A DNA stretch of 6,692 nt, taken from a virus. Its lineage: Duplodnaviria > Heunggongvirae > Uroviricota > Caudoviricetes. Under the pieces are notes generated by a model, which made no database searches, was not told the origin of the DNA, and worked only from the letters and a program-made list of their open reading frames with translations. Positions 1 to 6,692 of the stretch are shown here, piece after piece. The translations under genes and the position numbers were made by a program. The DNA is taken from the IMG/VR virus record IMGVR_UViG_2651869782_000008; one strand, given 5' to 3'. Positions within the stretch are counted from its first letter, which is position 1; the number at the start of each line of letters is the position of its first letter.

Positions 1-158
1 CCCCGCAGTACAACATCGAGATCAATAACGATGGCACGAACGGGCAGATAGGTCCGGCTGCCCTGAAGGTGGTTTATGACCTTGGGAAAAAAGCGGCAGC
101 GGACTTTATGCAACAGCAGGCCCGTGATGGTGGTCGGTTAAGTGGAGCATATCGGTAA
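1..158 (+). CDS. H: Tail tape-measure protein H, C-terminal end (5'-partial, reading frame starts at nt 3)
   Basis: Open frame from the window edge translating to ...PQYNIEINNDGTNGQIGPAALKVVYDLGKKAAADFMQQQARDGGRLSGAYR*, with stop TAA at 156-158. The stop overlaps the ATG of the next gene (TAATG), as at the lambda H/M junction. Position directly upstream of M fits the lambda order. Not in the ORF track because it has no start inside the window. Confidence 0.75.
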   Translation, partial: PQYNIEINNDGTNGQIGPAALKVVYDLGKKAAADFMQQQARDGGRLSGAYR

Positions 159-487
159 TGGAGACGTTTCACTGGAAAGTGCGCCCGGATATGAATGTGG
201 TATCAGAGCCGAAAGTGGTGACAGTGAAGCTGGGCGATGGTTATGAACAGCGTCGTGCGGCGGGACTGAATAACCAGTTGTCGACTTACAGCGTGACGAT
301 ACGTGTTCGTAAATGTGAACACCCATCTTTAAAAGCCTTTCTGGAACGGCACGGTGGCGTCCGCGCATTTCAGTGGACGCCACCTTATGACTGGAAGCCG
401 ATCAGGGTGGTTTGTCGTAAATGGTCGGCAAGCGTGGGGGCGCTGTGGGTAACCATAACGGCAGATTTTGAACAGGTCGTGGCATAG
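158..487 (+). CDS. M: Minor tail protein M (tail tip assembly)
   Basis: 109-aa ORF (METFHWKV...ADFEQVVA), the same length as lambda gpM and in the expected position between H and L. GGAG at 144-147 sits about 10 nt upstream of the ATG. Stop TAG at 485-487. Confidence 0.88.
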   Translation: METFHWKVRPDMNVVSEPKVVTVKLGDGYEQRRAAGLNNQLSTYSVTIRVRKCEHPSLKAFLERHGGVRAFQWTPPYDWKPIRVVCRKWSASVGALWVTITADFEQVVA

Positions 488-496
488 GAGGCTCTG

Positions 497-1195
497 ATGC
501 AGGATATTCCACAGGAAACACATCATGAGACGACACGCCTCACTCAGTCAGCCCAGGTGGTGCTCTGGGAAATCGATCTGACAGAGGTCGGTGGTGAACG
601 TTATTTTTTCTGTAATGAGCAGAACGAAAAAGGTGAGCCGGTTACCTGGCAGGGGCGGCAGTATCAGGCATACCCCATTCAGGGGACGGGATTTGAACTG
701 AACGGCAAGGGCAGTGCTGCCCGTCCGACACTGACGGTTTCTAACCTGCACGGAATGGTCACCGGGATGGCGGAAGACCTGCAGAGTCTGGTCGGCGGAA
801 CGGTGGTCAGGCGTAAGGTTTACGCCCGTTTTCTGGATGCGGTGAACTTCGTCAACGGAAACAGTGACGCCGATCCGGAGCAGGAGGTGATCAGCCGCTG
901 GCGCATCGAGCAGTGCAGCGAACTGAGCGCGGTCAGTGCCTCTTTTGTACTGTCCACGCCGACGGAAACGGACGGTGCTGTTTTTCCGGGGCGCATCATG
1001 CTGGCTAATACCTGCACCTGGACCTATCGCGGTGATGAGTGCGGTTATCACGGTCCGGCTGTCGCTGATGAATATGACCAGCCGACGTCCGATATCACGA
1101 AGGATAAATGCAGCAAATGCCTGAGTGGTTGTAAGTTTCGCAATAACGTCGGCAACTTTGGCGGCTTCCTTTCCATTAACAAACTTTCGCAGTAA
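497..1195 (+). CDS. L: Minor tail protein L (tail tip assembly, Fe-S cluster-binding)
   Basis: 232-aa ORF, the length of lambda gpL. AGGAGG at 486-491 lies 5 nt upstream of the ATG. The C-terminal region carries clustered cysteines (NTCTW, DECGY, DKCSKC, SGCKF) consistent with the [4Fe-4S] site reported for gpL. Confidence 0.88.
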   Translation: MQDIPQETHHETTRLTQSAQVVLWEIDLTEVGGERYFFCNEQNEKGEPVTWQGRQYQAYPIQGTGFELNGKGSAARPTLTVSNLHGMVTGMAEDLQSLVGGTVVRRKVYARFLDAVNFVNGNSDADPEQEVISRWRIEQCSELSAVSASFVLSTPTETDGAVFPGRIMLANTCTWTYRGDECGYHGPAVADEYDQPTSDITKDKCSKCLSGCKFRNNVGNFGGFLSINKLSQ

Positions 1196-1199
1196 TCCC

Positions 1200-1944
1200 A
1201 TGACACAGACAGAATCAGCGATTCTGGCGCACGCCCGGCGATGTGCGCCAGCGGAGTCGTGCGGCTTCGTGGTGAGAACGCCGGAAGGGGAAAGATATTT
1301 TCCCTGCGTGAATATCTCCGGTGAGCCGGAGGAGTATTTCCGGATGGCGCCGGAGGACTGGCTGCAGGCAGACACTGCACGGTCAGATTGTGGCGCTGGT
1401 CCACAGCCACCCCGGTGGTCTGCCCAGGCTGAGTGAAGCCGACCGGCGGCTGCAGGTGCAGAGTGATTTGCCGTGGTGGCTGGTCTGCCGGGGGGCGATT
1501 CACAAGTTCCGCTGTGTGCCGCATCTCACCGGGCGGCGCTTTGAGCACGGGGTGACGGACTGTTACACACTGTTCCGGGATGCTTACCATCTGGCGGGAA
1601 TTGAGATGCCTGATTTTTATCGTGAGGATGACTGGTGGCGTCACGGTCAGAATCTCTATCTGGATAATCTGGAGGCAACGGGGCTGTATCAGGTTCCGTT
1701 GTCAGCGGCGCAGCCGGGCGATGTGCTGCTGTGCTGTTTTGGTTCATCGGTGCCGAATCATGCCGCCATTTACTGTGGTGACGGCGAGCTGCTGCACCAT
1801 ATTCCTGAACAACTGAGCAAACGAGAGAGGTATACCGACAAATGGCAGCGACGCACACACTCCCTCTGGCGTCACCGGGCATGGCACGCATCTGCCTTTA
1901 CGGGGATTTGCAACGATTTGGCCGCCGCATCGACCTTCGTGTGA
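1200..1944 (+). pseudogene. K: Tail assembly protein K (JAMM/MPN + NlpC/P60 domains), interrupted by a +1 frame offset; possible pseudogene or sequence error
   Basis: The N-terminal part (MTQTESAILAHARRCAPAESCGFVV...PEDWLQAD) is read in one frame from ATG 1200 and hits a stop at 1434-1436. The rest of the protein (..GQIVALVHSHPGGLPRLSEAD...GVTDCYTLF...NHAAIYCGDGELLHH...STFV) is in the +1 frame and ends at 1944. The 16 nt between the conserved Ala codon (1368-1370) and the conserved Ile codon (1387-1389) is not a multiple of 3. The JAMM Glu motif (E-x-C-G) is in the first frame; the HxH-x7-S-xx-D motif (codons from 1402) and the NlpC/P60 Cys (1561-1563) are in the second. The 3' end overlaps I by 103 nt, as in lambda. 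Confidence 0.7.
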
Positions 1945-2489
1945 AAACGGGGGCCGAAGCCATCCGGGCGCTGGCCACACAGCTCCCGGCGTTTCGTCAG
2001 AAGCTGAATGACGGCTGGTATCAGGTGCGCATTGCCGGGCGTGATGCAGGTGAAACCGAATTATCTGCCCGTCTTAATGAGCCGCTGGCAAATGGTGCCG
2101 TGATCCATATCGTGCCGCGTCTGGCGGGAGCTAAAAGTGGCGGTGTATTTCAGGTGGTGCTGGGGGCGGCGTTGATTGCGGTGGCATGGTGGAACCCTGT
2201 GGGCTGGCTGGGTGCCGCGGCTGTATCGGGCATGTATGCGGCAGGGGCCAGTATGATCCTGGGCGGTGTGGCGCAGATGCTGGCACCGAAAGCCAGGACC
2301 CCAACAACAACCAGCACAGATAACGGCAAACAGAACACCTATTTCTCATCACTGGATAACATGGTTGCCCAGGGCAATGTTCTGCCTGTTCTGTACGGTG
2401 AAATGCGTGTGGGGTCACGGGTAATTTCGCAGGAAATCAGCACGGCAGACGAAGGGGATGGTGGTGAAATCGTGGTGATTGGTCGCTGA
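1842..2489 (+). CDS. I: Tail assembly protein I
   Basis: 215-aa ORF beginning MAATHTLPLASPGMARICLYGDLQRFGRRIDLRVKTGAEAIRALA and ending ...QEISTADEGDGGEIVVIGR, which matches my recollection of lambda gpI at both ends. It has a central Gly/Ala-rich hydrophobic segment. GAGAGG at 1824-1829 lies upstream of the ATG. The start is embedded in the 3' end of K. Confidence 0.88.
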   Translation: MAATHTLPLASPGMARICLYGDLQRFGRRIDLRVKTGAEAIRALATQLPAFRQKLNDGWYQVRIAGRDAGETELSARLNEPLANGAVIHIVPRLAGAKSGGVFQVVLGAALIAVAWWNPVGWLGAAAVSGMYAAGASMILGGVAQMLAPKARTPTTTSTDNGKQNTYFSSLDNMVAQGNVLPVLYGEMRVGSRVISQEISTADEGDGGEIVVIGR

Positions 2490-2507
2490 TGCAGAATGTT
2501 TTATGTG

Positions 2508-2535
2508 AAACCGCCTCCGGGCGGTTTTGTCGTTT
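2508..2535 (+). promoter_or_regulatory. Intergenic stem-loop between I and J (possible attenuator or RNA processing/stability element)
   Basis: Perfect inverted repeat AAACCGCC (2508-2515) / GGCGGTTT (2520-2527) around a 4-nt loop TCCG, followed by a T-rich tail TGTCGTTT. It lies in the 60-nt I-J gap, just upstream of the J ribosome-binding site GGAG (2538-2541). Confidence 0.35.
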
Positions 2536-2549
2536 ATGGAGCATGACGA

Positions 2550-5500
2550 ATGGGTAAAGGCAGCAGTAAGGGGCATACCCCGCGCGAAGCGAAGGACAAC
2601 CTGAAATCCACGCAGTTGCTGAGTGTGATCGATGCCATCAGTGAAGGGCCGGTTGAAGGTCCGGTGGATGGCTTAAAAAGCGTGCTGCTGAACAGTACGC
2701 CGGTGCTGGACAGTGAGGGGAATACCAATATCTCCGGCGTCACGGTGGTGTTCCGGGCAGGTGAGCAGGAGCAGACACCGCCGGAGGGATTTGAATCCTC
2801 CGGCTCCGAGACGGTGCTGGGTACGGAAGTGAAATACGACACGCCGATCACCCGCACCATCACGTCGGCAAACATCGACCGTCTGCGCCTGACCTTCGGT
2901 GTACAGGCACTGGTGGAAACCACCTCAAAGGGAGACAGGAATCCGTCGGAAGTCCGCCTGCTGGTTCAGATACAACGTAACGGTGGCTGGGTGACGGAAA
3001 AAGACATCACCATTAAGGGCAAAACCACCTCGCAGTATCTGGCCTCGGTGGTGGTGGATAACCTGCCGCCGCGCCCGTTCAATATCCGGATGCGCAGGAT
3101 GACGCCGGACAGCACCACAGACCAGCTGCAGAACAAAACGCTCTGGTCGTCATACACCGAAATCATCGATGTGAAACAGTGCTACCCGAACACGGCACTG
3201 GTCGGCGTGCAGGTGGACTCGGAGCAGTTCGGCAGCCAGCAGGTGAGCCGTAATTATCATCTTCGCGGGCGCATTCTGCAGGTGCCGTCGAACTATAACC
3301 CGCAGACGCGGCAATACAGCGGTATCTGGGACGGAACGTTTAAGCCAGCATACAGCAACAACATGGCCTGGTGTCTGTGGGATATGCTGACCCACCCGCG
3401 CTACGGCATGGGGAAACGTCTTGGTGCGGCGGATGTGGACAAATGGGCGCTGTATGTCATCGGCCAGTACTGCGACCAGTCAGTACCGGACGGCTCTGGC
3501 GGCACGGAGCCGCGCATCACCTGTAATGCGTACCTGACCACACAGCGCAAGGCGTGGGATGTGCTCAGTGATTTCTGCTCGGCGATGCGCTGTATGCCGG
3601 TATGGAACGGGCAGACGCTGACGTTCGTGCAGGACCGACCATCAGATAAGGTGTGGACCTATAACCGCAGTAATGTGGTGATGCCGGATGATGGCGCGCC
3701 GTTCCGCTACAGCTTCAGCGCCCTGAAGGACCGCCATAATGCCGTTGAGGTGAACTGGATTGACCCGAACAACGGCTGGGAGACGGCGACAGAGCTTGTG
3801 GAAGACACGCAGGCCATTGCCCGTTACGGTCGCAATGTCACGAAGATGGATGCCTTTGGCTGTACCAGCCGGGGGCAGGCACACCGCGCCGGGCTGTGGC
3901 TGATTAAAACAGAACTGCTGGAAACGCAGACCGTGGACTTCAGCGTCGGCGCAGAAGGGCTTCGCCATGTACCGGGCGATGTTATTGAAATCTGCGATGA
4001 TGACTATGCCGGTATCAGCACCGGTGGTCGCGTGCTGGCGGTGAACAGCCAGACCCGGACGCTGACGCTCGACCGTGAAATCACGCTGCCATCCTCCGGC
4101 ACCACGCTGATAAGCCTGGTTGACGGGCAGGGTAATCCGGTGAGCGTGGAGGTCCAGTCCGTCACCGACGGCGTGAAGGTGAAAGTGAGCCGTGTTCCTG
4201 ACGGCGTTGCTGAATACAGCGTGTGGGGGCTGAAGTTGCCGACGCTGCGCCAGCGCCTGTTCCGCTGCGTGAGTATCCGTGAGAACGACGACGGCACGTA
4301 TGCCATCACTGCCGTGCAGCATGTACCGGAAAAAGAAGCCATCGTGGATAACGGGGCGCACTTTGACGGTGACCAGAGCAGCACGGTGAATGGTGTCACG
4401 CCGCCAGCAGTGCAGCACCTGACCGCCGAAGTCACCGCAGACAGCGGGGAATATCAGGTGCTGGCGCGCTGGGACACGCCGAAGGTGGTGAAGGGCGTGA
4501 GCTTCCTTCTTCGCCTGACCGTGGCAGCGGATGACGGCAGTGAGCGGCTGGTCAGCACGGCCCGGACGACGGAAACCACATACCGCTTCAGGCAACTGGC
4601 GCTGGGGCGTTACACGCTGACAGTCCGGGCGGTAAATGCGTGGGGGCAGCAGGGCGATCCGGCGTCGGTATCGTTCCGGATTGCCGCACCGGCAGCGCCT
4701 GTCACTATTGAAATGATACCGGGGTATTTTCAGATAACAGCGGTCCCGAAACTGGCTGTATATGACCCGACGGTGCAGTTTGAGTTCTGGTTCTCGGAAA
4801 AGCGGATTGCGGATATCAGGCAGGTTGAAACCACAGCCCGCTATCTTGGCACGGCGCTGTACTGGATAGCTGCCAGTATCAATATCAAGCCGGGCCATGA
4901 TTATTATTTTTACATCCGCAGTGTGAACACCGTTGGCAAATCGGCATTTGTGGAGGCTGTTGGCCAGCCGAGTGATGATGCATCCGGCTATCTGGATTTT
5001 TTCAAAGGAGAGATAGGGAAAACCCATCTGGCTCAGGAGTTGTGGACGCAGATTGATAACGGTCAGCTTGCGCCTGACCTGGCTGAAATCAGGACGTCCA
5101 TTACGGATGTCAGCAATGAAATCACACAGACCGTCAATAAGAAACTGGAAGACCAGAGTGCAGCGATCCAGCAGATACAGAAGGTTCAGGTTGATACAAA
5201 TAATAACCTGAACAGCATGTGGGCTGTGAAGCTGCAGCAGATGCAGGACGGACGCCTTTATATCGCGGGTATTGGTGCCGGTATTGAAAACACCCCTGAC
5301 GGCATGCAGAGTCAGGTGCTGCTGGCGGCAGACAGGATTGCGATGATTAATCCTGCGAATGGCAACACAAAGCCGATGTTTGTTGGGCAGGGCGATCAGA
5401 TATACATGAATGAAGTGTTCCTGAAATATCTGACGGCTCCCACCATTACCAGCGGCGGTAATCCTCCGGCATTTTCCCTGACACCGGACGGGCGACTGAC

Positions 5501-6032
5501 GGCGAAAAATGCGGATATCAGTGGCAGTGTGAATGCGAACTCCGGGACGCTCAATAACGTCACGATAAATGAGAACTGTCAGATTAAGGGGAAACTGTCC
5601 GCCAACCAGATTGAAGGCGATATTGTCAAAACGGTCAGCAAGTCTTTCCCCCGCACGAGCACTTATGCCAGCGGCACCATTACGGTCACGATTAGTGATG
5701 ATCAGAAGTTTGACCGACAGGTCATGATCCCGGCTCTGCTGTTTAAAGGAAGCAGGAAGGAAAATTATGGCAGTAATAATCAACAGTCTTATGTTTATTC
5801 TGTATGCCGTTTGCAGGTAACGAAAAACGGGACAGAAATTTTTAATCAGTCAACAACGGATGCTCCGGCGGTTTTTTCTTCCGTTATTGATATGCCTGCG
5901 GGGCAGGGAACGTTGACGTTAAAGTTTACGGTCTCTTCTTCAATGGTCAATAACTGGACACCGACAACCAGTATCAGCGATTTGCTTGTTGTGGTGATGA
6001 AGAAATCCACCGCAGGTATCACGATTAGCTGA
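2550..6032 (+). CDS. J: Tail tip host-specificity protein J (central tail fibre)
   Basis: 1160-aa ORF with GGAG 8 nt upstream of the ATG. The N-terminal two-thirds are strongly lambda-J-like ([43 protein letters not shown]...). Two tandem fibronectin type III-like modules sit at about aa 615-800, followed by a heptad-like coiled-coil stretch and an AT-richer C-terminal domain. Confidence 0.93.
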   Translation: MGKGSSKGHTPREAKDNLKSTQLLSVIDAISEGPVEGPVDGLKSVLLNSTPVLDSEGNTNISGVTVVFRAGEQEQTPPEGFESSGSETVLGTEVKYDTPITRTITSANIDRLRLTFGVQALVETTSKGDRNPSEVRLLVQIQRNGGWVTEKDITIKGKTTSQYLASVVVDNLPPRPFNIRMRRMTPDSTTDQLQNKTLWSSYTEIIDVKQCYPNTALVGVQVDSEQFGSQQVSRNYHLRGRILQVPSNYNPQTRQYSGIWDGTFKPAYSNNMAWCLWDMLTHPRYGMGKRLGAADVDKWALYVIGQYCDQSVPDGSGGTEPRITCNAYLTTQRKAWDVLSDFCSAMRCMPVWNGQTLTFVQDRPSDKVWTYNRSNVVMPDDGAPFRYSFSALKDRHNAVEVNWIDPNNGWETATELVEDTQAIARYGRNVTKMDAFGCTSRGQAHRAGLWLIKTELLETQTVDFSVGAEGLRHVPGDVIEICDDDYAGISTGGRVLAVNSQTRTLTLDREITLPSSGTTLISLVDGQGNPVSVEVQSVTDGVKVKVSRVPDGVAEYSVWGLKLPTLRQRLFRCVSIRENDDGTYAITAVQHVPEKEAIVDNGAHFDGDQSSTVNGVTPPAVQHLTAEVTADSGEYQVLARWDTPKVVKGVSFLLRLTVAADDGSERLVSTARTTETTYRFRQLALGRYTLTVRAVNAWGQQGDPASVSFRIAAPAAPVTIEMIPGYFQITAVPKLAVYDPTVQFEFWFSEKRIADIRQVETTARYLGTALYWIAASINIKPGHDYYFYIRSVNTVGKSAFVEAVGQPSDDASGYLDFFKGEIGKTHLAQELWTQIDNGQLAPDLAEIRTSITDVSNEITQTVNKKLEDQSAAIQQIQKVQVDTNNNLNSMWAVKLQQMQDGRLYIAGIGAGIENTPDGMQSQVLLAADRIAMINPANGNTKPMFVGQGDQIYMNEVFLKYLTAPTITSGGNPPAFSLTPDGRLTAKNADISGSVNANSGTLNNVTINENCQIKGKLSANQIEGDIVKTVSKSFPRTSTYASGTITVTISDDQKFDRQVMIPALLFKGSRKENYGSNNQQSYVYSVCRLQVTKNGTEIFNQSTTDAPAVFSSVIDMPAGQGTLTLKFTVSSSMVNNWTPTTSISDLLVVVMKKSTAGITIS

Positions 6033-6050
6033 ATTTTATAACCCATATAC

Positions 6051-6078
6051 GGGCGCCAGAAATGGCGCCTTTTTTATT
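6051..6078 (+). terminator. Rho-independent terminator downstream of J
   Basis: GC-rich 7-bp stem GGCGCCA (6052-6058) / TGGCGCC (6063-6069) with a GAAA tetraloop, followed immediately by TTTTTTATT (6070-6078). It begins 19 nt after the J stop. Confidence 0.75.
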
Positions 6079-6099
6079 GCAGAAAAGCGAGAGGTAATT

Positions 6100-6692
6100 A
6101 TGCGTAAAGTTTGTGCAGCAATTTTGTCCGCAGCCATTTGTCTGGCCGTATCCGGTGCGCCTGCATGGGCGTCTGAACATCAGTCCACGCTGAGCGCGGG
6201 GTATCTTCATGCCCGGACGAACGCTCCCGGCAGCGATAATCTTAACGGGATTAACGTGAAATACCGTTATGAATTTACGGACACGCTGGGGCTGGTGACG
6301 TCATTCAGCTATGCAGGAGACAGGAATCGCCAGCTGACCCGTTACAGCGATACCCGCTGGCATGAAGATTCCGTGCGTAACCGCTGGTTCAGCGTGATGG
6401 TGGGGCCGTCTGTGCGCGTGAATGAATGGTTCAGCGCGTATGCGATGGCGGGTGTGGCTTACAGCCGTGTGTCGACTTTCTCCGGGGATTATCTCCGCGT
6501 AACTGACAACAAGGGGAAAACGCACGACGTGCTGACCGGAAGTGATGACGGTCGCCACAGCAACACGTCTCTGGCGTGGGGAGCTGGCGTGCAGTTTAAC
6601 CCGACCGAATCCGTGGCCATTGATATTGCTTATGAAGGCTCCGGCAGTGGCGACTGGCGCACTGACGGTTTCATCGTGGGTGTCGGTTATAA
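6100..6692 (+). CDS. lom: Outer membrane protein Lom (Ail/Lom/OmpX-family beta-barrel), 3'-partial at window edge
   Basis: ATG at 6100 preceded by GAGAGG (6089-6094). Translation MRKVCAAILSAAICLAVSGAPAWA|SEHQSTLSAGYLHARTN... has a classic signal peptide with an AWA cleavage site. Alternating aromatic/hydrophobic beta-strand patterning (INVKYRYEF, WFSVMVGPSVRV, GFIVGVGY) is typical of Ail/Lom barrels. The frame is open to the end of the window. Position just after J and its terminator matches lambda lom. Confidence 0.85.
   Translation, partial: MRKVCAAILSAAICLAVSGAPAWASEHQSTLSAGYLHARTNAPGSDNLNGINVKYRYEFTDTLGLVTSFSYAGDRNRQLTRYSDTRWHEDSVRNRWFSVMVGPSVRVNEWFSAYAMAGVAYSRVSTFSGDYLRVTDNKGKTHDVLTGSDDGRHSNTSLAWGAGVQFNPTESVAIDIAYEGSGSGDWRTDGFIVGVGY

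Noticed and set aside
1365-1390. Programmed ribosomal frameshift in K, by analogy to lambda G/G-T
   Set aside because: There is no slippery heptamer (X XXY YYZ) or downstream structure at the frame junction, and a programmed shift in K is not known in lambda-like phages. A mutation or sequence error is more parsimonious.
548-1644. Minus-strand ORFs of 275 aa (548-1375) and 198 aa (1048-1644) overlapping L and K
   Set aside because: Same antisense-shadow explanation: Arg/Pro-rich translations, no ribosome-binding sites, and they overlap well-supported + strand genes.
1526-2923. Further short ORFs on both strands (1526-1891 -, 1580-1816 +, 1744-1980 -, 2131-2418 -, 2150-2338 -, 2534-2923 -) and others under 90 aa elsewhere
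   Set aside because: All lie inside or antisense to K, I or J, with implausible composition. They are treated as non-coding frames.
3642-5783. 713-aa ORF on the minus strand, entirely inside J
   Set aside because: Antisense shadow of a GC-rich gene. Its translation is Arg/Cys/His-rich and low-complexity, with no start context, and the sense-strand J frame is unambiguous.
158-6032. Identification of this window as phage lambda itself
   Set aside because: J is 1160 aa rather than 1132, I is 215 aa rather than 223, the M-L junction has a 9-nt spacer, and K has a frame offset. This is a lambda relative, not lambda; the comparisons to lambda are from memory.
5980-6099. A sigma-70 promoter for lom immediately upstream of its start
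   Set aside because: Candidate -10-like hexamers (TATAAC at 6037-6042, ATATAC at 6045-6050) lack a convincing -35 partner at 16-18 bp spacing and lie upstream of the terminator. I cannot support a promoter call from sequence alone.
1-6692. Chi sites (GCTGGTGG or its complement), CRISPR repeats, tRNA/ncRNA genes, insertion sequence ends
   Set aside because: A scan by eye found no exact Chi octamer on either strand, no regularly spaced direct repeats, and no tRNA-like or inverted-repeat-bounded transposase structures. Coding sequence fills the window almost completely.

Overview
This window is the tail-tip assembly module of a lambda-like (lambdoid) siphovirus or prophage, all on the + strand: the 3' end of the tape-measure gene H, then M, L, K, I, the host-specificity gene J (1160 aa), an intrinsic terminator, and the start of the outer-membrane moron gene lom, which runs off the window end. 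Gene order, sizes, the TAATG H/M junction and the 103-nt K/I overlap match the lambda layout, but it is not lambda itself (J is 1160 aa; lambda J is 1132 aa as I recall). The one real anomaly is that tail assembly gene K is split across two reading frames by a single-nucleotide frame offset around 1371-1386, inside its JAMM/MPN domain. I see no defence system, CRISPR array, RNA gene or mobile element; the long minus-strand ORFs are antisense shadows of the GC-rich tail genes. All protein identifications rest on my recollection of the lambda proteins and of domain motifs, not on any search.
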